A stretch of DNA of 64,000 nt from Naegleria gruberi. Taxonomy: Eukaryota. The stretch is from the NCBI GenBank assembly GCA_000004985.1, contig GG738877.1, one strand, 5' to 3'. Each line of letters opens with the position of its first letter. The first letter of the stretch is position 1. Of the stretch, positions 21,892-33,617 are shown in pieces. The notes beneath the pieces are model-generated. The model saw only the letters and a program-made list of their open reading frames with translations, was not told where the DNA came from and searched no databases. The translations under genes and the position numbers were made by a program.

Positions 21892-22321
21892 TTTTTAAAT
21901 TTATTAAAAATAAATGCAATGTAATCATTCATTCATAATTATTAATTCAGATTTGAAAGCCCTATTTTCTTGTGAGAGTGTAGATACCTTAGTTACTTAG
22001 TAGACGCCTTGATAGAAATAATACCAGTGGCTCATTACAGCTGCAGTAAGCCGATACGGATATGTTAAAGATAATGAAGCTCCATTTAGCTGGCTTTACG
22101 GATCCTCCTTATTGAACAAACTGTTCAAACAATTCGAAAAAAACTGAAAAAACACACTGCTTATCCAACACAGAGTTGTAGCAGAAGGAAGTTTGTTATC
22201 AAGGAAAATTGTCTTGCGCCGAAGGGTTCTCATTGAGGATTTTAATTGAGGAGGAATAAGCGTTATCATATCATCATCATAAATTGTATTATATTAACAA
22301 CGAAAAAACATATAGAGCAGT

Positions 22322-23227
22322 ATGCAAGCTAAACAACAATTGTATTATTTTGTAGATATTCAGGAACATAATTATGATTTAAAAGTTTTAGCAAGTACAT
22401 ACTTTCCTCACAGCAATATTAACGTGAGGAATATTCATCAGAGTTATGGAGTCAAGAAACGACAAGTTGAAATGTTAAAACAATATGGAGGAAACAATTA
22501 TATAGAACCTCCTGTGGAATCGTCGTTTCTCTGCTTTAAGAACAAGCTTAATCCGAGGGATAAGTTTTTAAAAACCTTCCTCGATGCCCTCCCTCAGGAA
22601 CATCCAGTTATTAGAGATGGAAAGTTGGAAATCATTCCCACAAGGGACATTGTCTATGGTGATATTATCATGTTGGAGGAAGGAAACATATGCCCAGCCG
22701 ATTGCCGATTTTTGTGGATTGATAAGGAGAAGGAGCTCCTTGTTGACATTACTTCAATTAAGGGAAAGCAGTTTCCTCCTGTACATGCCTCTCTCTTTGC
22801 AACTGATTCTCTCCCATTGAAAACTCAAAATTTAATCTTCTCAGGATGTAAAGTATTACAAGGAAAGGCAATTGCCTTGGTGATTGCAGTTGGATCTAGG
22901 TGTGTACAGGTGAGATTAATTGATTACTTGTTGAAAGAGGCTGCTATGGCGGAAGGGAAAACAATTCCAGAGGAACCAAATGAAAACACAGCAGTTCCAC
23001 TCAGTACAAGGGCTAGGTCACACAGTATGCAATATACAGCTGGTGGTCGGTCGAGTACAGATAGTAAGAGCAGTAAGGGTGACAGTTTGACAGAGAAAAA
23101 GCCACGACAAATTAATAGAGCTGCATCACTATTCAAAGCTAAACAAAGCTCACCTGTTAAAACATATAATCGAAAGTACTCTCTCACTAAGTCTTCTCCG
23201 TCCTCTTCACCACCAACGTTTGTGTAA
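22322..23227 (+). CDS. Orphan P-type-ATPase-derived protein with only the N-terminal and actuator (A) domains, degenerate, with a Ser-rich tail; possibly a pseudogene
   Basis: EMLKQYGGNNYIEPPVESSFLCFKNKL parallels the PMA1-type N-terminus (..R.KYG.N.+.E.KE..FLKFL). VIRDGKLEIIPTRDIVYGDIIMLEEGNICPADCRFL...LVDITSIKGKQFPP...FSGCKVLQGKAIALVIAVGSRC parallels the A-domain (VLRDG...GDI..+.G.IIPADGR+...L.VDQSALTGESL...F+G.V.+G....V.ATG). TM1-2 and the TGES motif are missing, and there are no P, N or TM domains. Confidence 0.5.
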   Translation: MQAKQQLYYFVDIQEHNYDLKVLASTYFPHSNINVRNIHQSYGVKKRQVEMLKQYGGNNYIEPPVESSFLCFKNKLNPRDKFLKTFLDALPQEHPVIRDGKLEIIPTRDIVYGDIIMLEEGNICPADCRFLWIDKEKELLVDITSIKGKQFPPVHASLFATDSLPLKTQNLIFSGCKVLQGKAIALVIAVGSRCVQVRLIDYLLKEAAMAEGKTIPEEPNENTAVPLSTRARSHSMQYTAGGRSSTDSKSSKGDSLTEKKPRQINRAASLFKAKQSSPVKTYNRKYSLTKSSPSSSPPTFV

Positions 23228-23313
23228 ATAAAGCTGAATGAATAATTTAACTTTCTCTACGTATTTAAAATGGTATGAGACGCTAAATGATTGTTTGAAT
23301 GAAACTAGGTTAT

Positions 23314-24231
23314 TTATTTACTCAATTGAGCAATGTAGACATAGTATGGGATTTTAACTCTACCCAAAGTGAGTTTTGAAACAAGTGGAATCTTACCCAT
23401 GTTTTCTTCAACATGAACAGAATCGAAATGACCTTCAAGGTATGGCAAGTGATCGGCAGAAACATTCAATCCAAAGACCAAATTCAAAAGGGTTTGCCAA
23501 AAGACACGAGTGATAATGTTGTGTTGTTTGGCTCCCTTAGTACTCTTTCTGGAAACATAATAGTCAGTAACGGCCAAAACACCATTCTTACTCAAAAGTT
23601 CATTCTTGATCTTTTCCAACAATTCAATCCAATTTGGAACACTTGTCAAGGAATAACTAATTGTGACAAGGTCAACCTTTGATTGCAAAGCAACTTGTTG
23701 AAGTTCTTCAACAGTAATAACTTCAACTAAATCACCCAATTCTTCAACAGATTTGAGTGTAGATTGACAAGCCTTGGTATTGACAAGATAAATCTTCTTG
23801 AAGTTATTCTTCAATTCTCCATCTTTACATTGAGAAGCCATTTCCTTCAAGTCAGCTTGAGCTCCAAGATCGAGCCAAAACAATTTGGATGCACCTTTGG
23901 ATTGGACAACCTTTTCGTAAGCGAGACTTGACAATCCTTGTCTACCATGTTGGAATTGTCTGATCACTACCAAAATATAATGTAATAACAATTGTTGCAC
24001 TAAACCCCATACATATTGCAACTGTTCCTTGTAAGTCTTTGAACCGGAAATAACAGGTTCTAACAATTGACCATAGAGTGACTTTAATTGCACAATAACT
24101 AGCAAACTGTACTTGTAAATGAGAGAGGCAAGAGTCGATTCTACAACCTTGTTATAATATTCATTCTTCTTTACCTTTCCGTACAACTCACTATTCTCAA
24201 TCTTGTTCAGCACTTGATTAAATTGCTCCAT
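23314..24231 (-). CDS. Hypothetical protein with a class I SAM-methyltransferase-like fold and a degenerate motif I
   Basis: LFWLDLGAQADLKEM (motif-I-like but lacking GxGxG) and VDLVTISYSLTSVPNWIELLEKIKNELLSKNGVLAVTDY (motifs II/III-like). Confidence 0.3.
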   Translation of the reverse strand: MEQFNQVLNKIENSELYGKVKKNEYYNKVVESTLASLIYKYSLLVIVQLKSLYGQLLEPVISGSKTYKEQLQYVWGLVQQLLLHYILVVIRQFQHGRQGLSSLAYEKVVQSKGASKLFWLDLGAQADLKEMASQCKDGELKNNFKKIYLVNTKACQSTLKSVEELGDLVEVITVEELQQVALQSKVDLVTISYSLTSVPNWIELLEKIKNELLSKNGVLAVTDYYVSRKSTKGAKQHNIITRVFWQTLLNLVFGLNVSADHLPYLEGHFDSVHVEENMGKIPLVSKLTLGRVKIPYYVYIAQLSK

Positions 24232-24594
24232 TTTCTTCTTCTTTGATACGGACTAGTCTTAGCGTTTAAAACGTGATGTTTGTTTTTTTTAGATGTGATT
24301 AATTTGAAATGAAGGGAGAATTTCTTCGTGGTGACTTTAAAGGTCCCAACACTGCATTCACTCCATAATTCCGCGCTCGCTTGTAGATTTTTCCGTTTCC
24401 TTATTTTGAGAATTAGGAAAATCGAATAAATGATTTACGTGGAAACACGTTTCTTGGAAAATTTAATGAGATCAATTTAACGAGAGATTGAAATATTAAA
24501 CAGTAAAAATACTATTTATGTGTTTTATTAATTGCAAATCTACAGTTTATTTTGTGTAGAGTTGACTATTTGGAAGACTACAGTTTGTTTAGTG

Positions 24595-26241
24595 TTAATT
24601 GGCAGAATTGGAGGCATTCTTAAACTTTTTGATAGTATCAGGATTCAAATCAAGGTCTTCCAAATCTCTCACAATTTCAGCTTGGTTAATTTTTTGCCTT
24701 CTCGTTTGTTCTTCTATAAATTCGAGGGCTTTAGGTTCTAAGGATCGTTGCCACTTCTTTCGTTCCATTTCAATGGAGAGTTTGTACAATTCGAACAAGT
24801 TTCCATCCCTTGATGTGGTATTTTCACATAAAAACTGTTCGCATTTGTCAGAAAGAGATGACAATCCGTATAAATCTGAAATGTGCATCAGTTCAACTGC
24901 ATTTGACTTTGTAATCTCTGCCTTTTCACAATATATATATCTTAATAGAGTTTGAAGTGTGGATTCTAAAGAGAATTGTTGTAGTTCCATAACTGGTAAC
25001 TCATGTGTGGCTTCTTGCTGTTTGAATTTCAAACCATCTTCAAAATCACAATTTCCAAGTACATCAAAGAAAGCACATCTAGACATTGCAATACTCTTGT
25101 GGCATAGCAAAATCTTTCCATCAGTAGAGTTGACCATCTTTAGTCCCATGTTGCAACTCGTTTTTTTCAAGGAATCAATCTTTGACTTGCAATCTTTAAA
25201 GAGATAATTAATAGGATCCAAATCATTCAATAGAACATCCTCTTGTTGGTTATCATTTGCCTCTCTTAGCATATTGAATATGTGGTCAACCATACTTTTC
25301 ATATTGAGCATAACTCCAAGTTCCATCAAACAGTAAATATCATACTTATCACTAATTGGTGGTATTTTGGTAGTGTAGAGATAGGTAAGAGCCAACTCAA
25401 AATGTTCCTTATTGGCGTTAATAGATCCAAAATCAATACACTTAAGATTTGTCTGCGCCATTTCGAAATTTTCCTTTGCTAATGCTTGATTGCACATATC
25501 TAAATTAGGTATTCCAAGTATCATACTATACCTAGATTTCAATTCTTTCAATTTGTTTTTTTCCTGAGTAATAATCCTTGTTAGTCTCTGCTGAATAACA
25601 TTAGTATTATTTCTTTTCACATAATTTTCAAAATCTTGAGCACTCAATTTACATAAATTCATTTCATGCTTATCAAGAGTTGGTAAATTAATCACTTTTT
25701 CTAGTTGAACTTTCTTCAAAGCAAATAATACAATTTGAGGCCATCTCGAGAGAATTATCCAACTTTGACATTTGAACTCTGTTGGCTGATTTTGATCCTT
25801 AAATTTAAATCTCAATATCATATCCTCTCCACTATTTGATTCTCTCAATAATTGATCACTACTTGAATTATTTAAATCATTGTGTAGACATTTCATTAAT
25901 AATTTATGCATCACTGAAAGTACATTGCTTTCCGTATTCATTCCAGAACTGGTCGATGGAATATTCTTGTAATCATTGAATAATTTCAAAACCGATCTTG
26001 TTTGTAATGAAAGGGCATTCCACCAACATCTTCTATACTCATCGTCACGTAAACCCAACTCGGAGAGATACTTTACCAATGAAATTCTCCCACACAGTGA
26101 AGCATAATAGAGGAGAGAATTTCCATGTGCATCTTTGGCATGTAAAAGTTGTCTGGTTTGGTCATTGGTTAGGAGGTTTTTAACACCATGCAAATCACCT
26201 GTTTTGCACATTGAAAATATGGGAGAATCAGAGTGTTCCAT
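24595..26241 (-). CDS. Ankyrin-repeat and BTB/POZ-domain protein (ABTB-like)
   Basis: The ORF track extends to 26307 with a non-ATG start; the first ATG gives MEHSDSPIFSMCKTGDLHGVKNLL. Two ANK repeats (DAHGNSLLYYASLCGRISLVKYL) and a BTB domain (CHKSIAMSRCAFFDVL...LESTLQTLLRYIYCEKAEI...AVELMHISDLYGL). Confidence 0.75.
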   Translation of the reverse strand: MEHSDSPIFSMCKTGDLHGVKNLLTNDQTRQLLHAKDAHGNSLLYYASLCGRISLVKYLSELGLRDDEYRRCWWNALSLQTRSVLKLFNDYKNIPSTSSGMNTESNVLSVMHKLLMKCLHNDLNNSSSDQLLRESNSGEDMILRFKFKDQNQPTEFKCQSWIILSRWPQIVLFALKKVQLEKVINLPTLDKHEMNLCKLSAQDFENYVKRNNTNVIQQRLTRIITQEKNKLKELKSRYSMILGIPNLDMCNQALAKENFEMAQTNLKCIDFGSINANKEHFELALTYLYTTKIPPISDKYDIYCLMELGVMLNMKSMVDHIFNMLREANDNQQEDVLLNDLDPINYLFKDCKSKIDSLKKTSCNMGLKMVNSTDGKILLCHKSIAMSRCAFFDVLGNCDFEDGLKFKQQEATHELPVMELQQFSLESTLQTLLRYIYCEKAEITKSNAVELMHISDLYGLSSLSDKCEQFLCENTTSRDGNLFELYKLSIEMERKKWQRSLEPKALEFIEEQTRRQKINQAEIVRDLEDLDLNPDTIKKFKNASNSAN

Positions 26242-26591
26242 TTTTTTTGTTCGAATGAGTTCACTTACAATTATTCGAATTCGGTTGAGAATGAAAAGAA
26301 GAAACAATGCTAAGAAAACAAGAGATTCAATTCTGTATTACTACATAATTCAAAGCTTCATAAAAATAGTAAGCTAAATGACTCCGAAGTTACTGAAGAA
26401 AAATCAATAGAAGAGAAAAACGTAAATTAAGAGGTTAACATTATTTGTAAATAATTGAAACCATGGTTGGGATGTATTCATTAATAGAATCATAAGAATC
26501 AACAGATTAAATTTCAGTATATCAAATAAAGCACTAAATCCTCATACCCTTACTTTGATATGCCACGTGTTATTACTACCTTCATTAAAAA

Positions 26592-29500
26592 ATGCCCAAA
26601 CATAAAAATCATCCCACGCATACCACCACATCAACAACGACTACTTCTCAACAACAACCAAACAATAATAATAATATTACTAAACAATCGAGTACAACAG
26701 CATCAACAGCACGTCGTGGAAGTACAACAACAGCTACAACAACAGCACCTGTAATAAAAAAGGAAACAGAGGTGAAAAAAGATGATCCGACTAGTAATAA
26801 TTCGAGGAATATTCATGAAGAATTGAGAAATGAATTATTTGCGGAAGCTATGGTTTTTCCGGATTCGATATCTTTTTATTATGTGAATGAACCTGTTAAA
26901 AAACCAACACAACAATTATCATATTTGGATGTTGTGAACAAACCTAACACTACCAAAGAACCCGAGAAGAAAATTCCCAGATTGGAAGAATTTACAATCG
27001 ATGACCCCGAGAAAATTGATTGTACTAGGAAAATACAAATGATTTATATTTGTACAGTAAATTATACGGACGAAAATTCACCAATGTATAAACAATATGT
27101 TGATCACTTTTCGGAGGAAATTAAGAGGCCAGAAAATAAGCAATCATCTGTAAAATTAATAGTTACGTAAGTAATTAATTTCAGAAATTGAAATACAATT
27201 TCAAATAGTATTCCAGTTGGATATCCAATTCTTCCACCAGAAGTTTCAATAGAAAATATGTCTACTATTTCCAAAGAAGCTATCAATTATGTTTATCAGA
27301 AAGTAATGGTAAGTTGACCTCAATTATTTGTATTTTACTATTAACGCAATAGACGAAATGTGAAGAAGGCAAAGGTTTCCAACTACTTCACGACATTATT
27401 ACCACCTGTACAGACTCACTTAAAGAGTATGCTGATAGATTAGAGGAAAGTTATTTAAAGGAAATAGATAGACTAAGAGAAGAGAAGGAAAGGAGACAGC
27501 AATTGGATAAACAAATGGAAAAGGAAATTAATGAAATGGGTGCCAAAAGAAAAAAGTTGATCAAAGAGGAAAAAACTAGAAAAATTGAACAGAGAATGAA
27601 ATACTTGAATGATAATTCACCAACACCTATTACTAAAGTGACTGAGGATATTTTCAATTATCAAAAAAGTGTTAGTGGAACACCAACAAAAGTAGGGAAA
27701 TCAAGCTTCTTTGTTCATGAAGAGCAGCAAACTGATAGTGAGGAAGAAGAGGAAGATGAAGAGGAAGACGAAGATTACTTTGATAATGGAGAAGATGAAG
27801 AGGAGGAAGATGAAGAAGATGAGGAAGATGAGGAAGAAGAAGAGGAAACATCTGATGAGGAAGATGGAAAACCATCAAAGTTTTTCAAGCGTTCTGGACT
27901 TGTTGACACAAGTGAGGAGGAGGAAAGCGATCAAGAAGAGGAGGAGGAAGAAGAAGAAATCATTGTAACAGAAGATGATGAGGATGAAAGATCTTCCACT
28001 TCTAAAAAGAAGGCTACCAAGAAGAGCCATGCCAAATCCTCATCCTCTCCAATCAATATTTCATCTGCCTATGATAATAGCTCATCTAGTAACAACTCGA
28101 GTCCAAGTGTAGGAGTTGCCTCCTCAAGTCCTTCTAAAAACTTTATGCACTACTACCTTAATTCAAAGAAGAAAAAACAAGATGAGGAAGATGTTGAAGA
28201 ATCCACAAATGGTGACAGAACTCAAATTCTTCTTATACACATGCTTAGAATGTTTTGCAATAGGCTCTCTAAAAATCAACAAACTGCCTTTACAGATCTT
28301 TCTGATCAGCTAATGAAAATAGGAGTACTGAACTCTGGTATGAGAAGGTACACAGAAAACTTTGCAGATCTAAAGGACCAATTCAAATTATTATTTAACG
28401 AGCAAATCAAATCTTCGAGTGAAAATCCATCAGAGCCATTCTCTTTCTTTTGGAAGGAACCAACTGATCAAATTGACTCTTCATCAAACCATGCTTCCAG
28501 ATACAAATCTGATTTCGAAGAATTGGAAAAGCTTGGAGAGGGAGGTTTTGGTTCAGTGACAAAGGTTAAGAATATGCTCGATCAAAGAATTTATGCCATT
28601 AAGAAAATCAAGTTCCATACACAAAGGGACGAAAAAGAGGAAAAGACAATTCTCAGAGAAGTTAATCTTCTGTCAAGGCTGAATCACAGTTACATTGTCA
28701 GATATTTTAATGCATGGAGAGAAGAAAACAATGAGACTATTGATAGTGAATCTGATTTCCTGAGCACACCTGAAGACAGTGAAGCTTTCTACGATTATTC
28801 ATTCTCTTCCTCTGTTCATTCAGAATTGAGAACCAAAACATATTCCGAGATGAAATCAGCCAACACTTTTAATAAGAATTTGCCTACTCGTATACTTTAC
28901 ATTCAGATGGAGTACTGTCAGCAAATTCTTTCCGATCTGATCAACAATGCCGAACTTTCCAAGGAAGAGGCTTGGAGATATTTCAGACAAACTGTGGAAG
29001 CTTTAGATTACCTTCACAAAAATGATATTATTCACAGAGATTTGAAACCTTCGAATCTTTTCATCAGTGTTGATAAGACTATCAAAGTTGGTGACTTTGG
29101 TTTGTCTGTGGCTGTAAGAGGAAAGAGCTACCAGCAATCTAGGCAATTAAGCAGGGGAGCTTCAGAACATTCATTTTCTCTTTCCAATTCGTCAGATTTG
29201 TCAACTGGTGTAGGTACTATCATGTATGCTGCCCCAGAAGTTTTAACTTCACCTCATTACACATCCAAAGTTGACATTTATTCACTAGGAATAATATTTT
29301 TCGAAATGCTTCATCCAAGATTTTCAACAGGCTCAGAAAGATTGGCTGTTCTCAGCAAACTTAGAGAATCTGGAAAAGTTCCAAATACTTTCCCAGCCAT
29401 TTACGAGAAGGAAAAGGAATTGATAGAGTGGATGCTTAACTCAGACCCCGAAAAACGACCAACAGCTGAACAACTCTTAACCTCCGAATATATGCCAATA

Positions 29501-31327
29501 TCTACAACTGAGGAAAAGTTGGCAATATTATTCAACAGAAAAGAGAAGGATTTTTCTATAAGTACAACTTTCAATCTTTCCAGAGTCTATGCTAGAGAAA
29601 GAGCCATATTGAGGTTACAATCTGTTTTCCAATTACATGCTGCTGTTGAATTTGATGTCGAGTCCTATTTCCCAAATACTGACCAAATCGAGGGTGTACT
29701 TGAAAAGAAAAATCTTTGTCCAGTCATGTTTGAATCTGGTAAATTAATGAATATTGCAAGAGATGGTTCCATATCACTTGCTAGATACCTTGCCAGACTT
29801 CCAAAAGATGGCTACATCAAGTTCCTGAAGAGATATTCATTCCTTACTATTGCAAAACCTTCTACTAAAGAAGGTATGGGAATAGAAACCAGACAAATTT
29901 GTTCTGTAGACATTGTTGGTTCTCGCTTTGGAATGATAACAGATGCTGAAATCATCAAGATGATGTCCAGGGTTGTCTCTTTCTTTACACCAAATGCTGG
30001 TTACTGGGTGCTGAGAATCAATCACTCAGGAATCATTTATTCTATATTGGACTATTGTGATATTCCAAAGAGTGAGCGTGATTACGTCTGTGCATTTGCC
30101 TCCAAACTTAAGAAACATAACTATTCTTGGGACAAGGAGAAATTCATATTAGATAGAGGTAAACCAATTATCAAAGATTTATTCCGTCTTCATGAAGCAG
30201 TAGATGTTACCAGACAAAAGTTGGCAAACATTTTCACTAATATTGGAGCTAGAGAGGCACTAAATGATATATCCACACTTTTGGACAACTTTAGAATATG
30301 GGGAATTGATAAGTCGAACTTTAAAGTTGAATTCGATACAAGCTTGACCAATAACTACCAAAGATATAGTGGTTTAATATTCCAATTTGGTATTCAAAAA
30401 GGAACGATGTACATACCAATAATTAATGGTGGTAGATACGACAAGCTCGTTAGTAATTTCACACTCTTTGATAAATTGCCTCATAACGTAGTTGGAGCAA
30501 ATATCAAATTGGATAAACTTTTCAAATACACAACTATGGTTGAGCATCCTCCAAAATTAGAGTCCCCTACCGAGGAAGGAGAAGAGAATTCAACCATTCC
30601 TCCATTTGATAGTGGTGTACCTCAGGTTTTAGTTTTCTCTGAGAATAGAGATATCAAAGAAGAAAGAATGAAAGTTGCTGATTTATTGTGGGAAGCTGGT
30701 ATTCGTGCCGATTTGACCTATGACGATAATTGTGATTATGAATTTGTAAAGAATTATTGCAAGCAACACAAGGTCAAATATATAGTTGTGACAAAATCAA
30801 ACTTGATTTCAAAGAATTTGGTAAGAATTAGATTGAGTGATCAGAAAGCAGAAAATGGTGTAAAGAAAGCCAAAGTATACGAAATTGATAAGAGAACCCT
30901 TGTACAATACATTACTAGTGACGGTAAAGTGAAGAAGCCAACTATGCCAACAACTTCTTCTACTGGTAATCTTCAAACACTTTCCAGCTCATCAGATAGT
31001 ATACTGCCAGGTAGTGCATCTATGGAGAATAGACTAGATGTTCGATTCCTACAACCAAAGAACAAACCTAAACACCAAAGCACTGCTACAATTGCAATGA
31101 AAAAGTGTAATTTACTCATCAACTCAATGGTTGAAGACAGTATCCTTCTAGTTTCACTCTCAATGACATCACAAGAAGTTAAGGAAGTCACTCCAAAGGT
31201 TTCAATTCGTGGCAATCCAGAATCTGAGCTTCTTGCTCGCTTCCTCAAGGAACATGATGGAAAGACCAATGTTTTTATCTATACATCCAAAGATGATAAG
31301 GTTTCCATTCTATTCTTTAAAAAGTAA
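26592..31327 (+). CDS. GCN2: GCN2-type eIF2-alpha kinase: RWD domain, acidic linker, kinase and HisRS-like domain; 3 exons (26592-27166, 27209-27308, 27353-31327), about 1549 aa
   Basis: RWD spans exon 1 and exon 2 (EELRNELFAEAMVFPDSISF ... IPVGYPILPPEVSIE). Exon 3 continues in frame upstream of the ORF-track M, which is a TTG. Kinase motifs LGEGGFGSVTKV, AIKKI, HRDLKPSNLF, DFGLS, APE with a long insert. HisRS-like segment (RYSFLTIAKPSTKEGMGIETRQICSVDIVG...). Introns of 42 and 44 nt (gtaagt..caaatag, gtaagt..gcaatag). Confidence 0.9.
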
Positions 31328-31351
31328 AGAGAAGTTGTACTAATTGGAAAT

Positions 31352-33058
31352 TTATTCCTTCTTCTTACAACAACAACAACAGAGGGTTGTAATAGGCCAA
31401 TACACAAACTCATAAACATCCATCACAGTTCTATTATCGTAAAGAATGTAGAGTAATAAGCCCACATTACACAGCAAGAAGAACTCAACAATGAGCATCA
31501 ACCAAACAGCCAATCCTTGTGAAATAATTGTGGTGTAGGTAATCTTTTGAATGGCAGTCAGTAAGAAGAAAATACATGTCAAAAGGAAAGTTACATTGGC
31601 CATAAACATGAATTTGGTAAACTTGAGTGAGGTGAATGAAATCTTTTGCTCTTGCTTAACTCTGGTAACATCATAGTACAATTTAGAACCAAAAACGAAT
31701 AGAGATAGGGCAATTCCAATAAAAATAACAATCACAACTATCAATACAATACCAGATGCGAAAGTATCTTCCACATCCACTTGAGAAGCAATAATCCAAC
31801 CAACAGCAATCAATAATAAAAATCCACCAATAGTAAATAGGACAACTCTCAAAGGCATCAACAAGACATCTGCTGAACCCTTTCTTCTATTTGAAAAGGC
31901 AATATTACTCCACAAGACAACAATCAAGAAGAAACTGACACACATGGCAAAGAACATTAATGTGAAAAATACATCAATAACAGTAAAGATGGAAGATGGT
32001 CTAGCAGAGTGAACAATAATTCTCACCAAAGTATAGGCACACAGAGCAGTAGCTAATATAATTGTAACACCCAATCTCAAATGTCTAATTGCAAACCATT
32101 TGAATGGAACATAAACTTGTTCATCAGAGTAACCTAGAGCTCCATCTTCACTACCTGTCCACAAAGTTCTGATATATGTATTAAATCTGACTGACATTGT
32201 TCTAATTGGTTTTAAGAATCTAATTTGCAACAGGGATGGAATCAGTAAAACAAAAACTGCAAAACAGCTCTCTAAAAAGTAAACCAATGTGAAAATGATA
32301 TAGTCAATATAAATCTTGGCATCAACATTCTCGAAAATATTACAATTAATACCAAATCTCTGTTGCTTTTCACAATAGCACATGATGAGATTAGGAATAT
32401 CGAAATATAAATTCGATCGGTAAGGGAATGATAATGGTGTTGCTGCCTCTGTTCCACAAATTGAGGTGGTACTAACTTGTGAGCTGGTCATCAACTTTTC
32501 CTCAACATCTCTCCTAATGAATGGACAAGCTTGAGGATCCCACACACGACTTCTCAATGTATCATTATTATATCCACAATATTTGCAGTACATATCCGAA
32601 AATCCTCCATTTCTCGTGGCATCCTCTCTCCAAAACAAGTAACTGCCAGCATAATCATCAGAAGGTCGAGGACAGAAATAATATTCACACATTTGATCGA
32701 TGCTAATTGAACCACCACCAAATGAGAAAGTTTTCACATATTCACAAATATCTCTACTCCCACTCGTGAAATACATGATAGTATCGGCAAAATTATGATA
32801 ATCTCCCGAAATGAATAAGAAAGTATCGATATAGACCTTATTAAAGCAAGGATAAGGTGTCGTATTGTTTTCACATGGTTCCACAAATATATCTGGAGAG
32901 AAATAGATTGAATTATTATTTAAAGTTTGATTCACTGATAGATAAAATTGTCTTTTTGAAAGTAGTGTTGAATTTTGTGAAATGACAGGTGAATAATTCC
33001 AAACAAATAACAAGACAACAAGTAGTATTGAAATGTTTTTAACAAGAATGTATGACAT
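31352..33058 (-). CDS. Seven-transmembrane receptor-like glycoprotein with a Cys-rich roughly 250-aa N-terminal ectodomain (Lung-7TM / GPR107-TMEM87-like or frizzled-like architecture)
   Basis: Signal peptide (ILLVVLLFVWNYSPVISQ), 12 Cys and many N-glycosylation sequons in the ectodomain, then 7 hydrophobic helices and a CCCCKKKE tail. Single exon. Confidence 0.55.
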   Translation of the reverse strand: MSYILVKNISILLVVLLFVWNYSPVISQNSTLLSKRQFYLSVNQTLNNNSIYFSPDIFVEPCENNTTPYPCFNKVYIDTFLFISGDYHNFADTIMYFTSGSRDICEYVKTFSFGGGSISIDQMCEYYFCPRPSDDYAGSYLFWREDATRNGGFSDMYCKYCGYNNDTLRSRVWDPQACPFIRRDVEEKLMTSSQVSTTSICGTEAATPLSFPYRSNLYFDIPNLIMCYCEKQQRFGINCNIFENVDAKIYIDYIIFTLVYFLESCFAVFVLLIPSLLQIRFLKPIRTMSVRFNTYIRTLWTGSEDGALGYSDEQVYVPFKWFAIRHLRLGVTIILATALCAYTLVRIIVHSARPSSIFTVIDVFFTLMFFAMCVSFFLIVVLWSNIAFSNRRKGSADVLLMPLRVVLFTIGGFLLLIAVGWIIASQVDVEDTFASGIVLIVVIVIFIGIALSLFVFGSKLYYDVTRVKQEQKISFTSLKFTKFMFMANVTFLLTCIFFLLTAIQKITYTTIISQGLAVWLMLIVEFFLLCNVGLLLYILYDNRTVMDVYEFVYWPITTLCCCCCKKKE

Positions 33059-33617
33059 GTTTGCAACGGAGAGGAAATTATACTTCTCTATGATGAACTA
33101 GTTATTAAATTGATAAACGTCAAAAATCTCCTATTCAGAGATGTGTTTTCAATGTGAGTTTTTGTGTTATTTTTTTCTGGTTGATTGTTGACTGGTGCGG
33201 CTGTTGTGATTTCCAACGAGTGACATGAACGGTTGTAATTTCACATTTAAACAATAACAACACTATTTTCTTGAAAGAAGAAATGTAGAAATGCCATTCA
33301 CGCAACAACTTTCGGATACTATTTTTCACACAACCACTTTACAATGACCCAAATTTTCTTTTGTCTATCATAAACCCGTATGGTCAATTGTTGTTTCATG
33401 TCACAAAGTTTGCACATCCCTTATCAATCTCTCTCAATAATCAACGCACCCTCACTCGAGTAGTTTTTTCACTGCCACTAGTACTGTGCTAAATTGACTT
33501 CAGCAATTTTTTGAAGTTTTTTTGAAGAAAAAAAATCCAACACACGAGTCGGGACCAAATTTTCCTTGTCGGATCATCACAACTTATTATCATCAATTAA
33601 TTGTGTTTGCCAAAGAG

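Noticed and set aside
21960-22110. Possible structured ncRNA (ggct...cagctg...agcc hairpin, GC-richer island)
   Set aside because: No recognisable snRNA, snoRNA or SRP boxes, Sm site or pol III elements.
27711-27968. Lys/Arg-rich ORF (KKRKMKRK...) on the plus strand
   Set aside because: It is an alternative frame of the (GAA/GAG)n acidic linker of the GCN2 gene. The GCN2 frame is supported by flanking domains.
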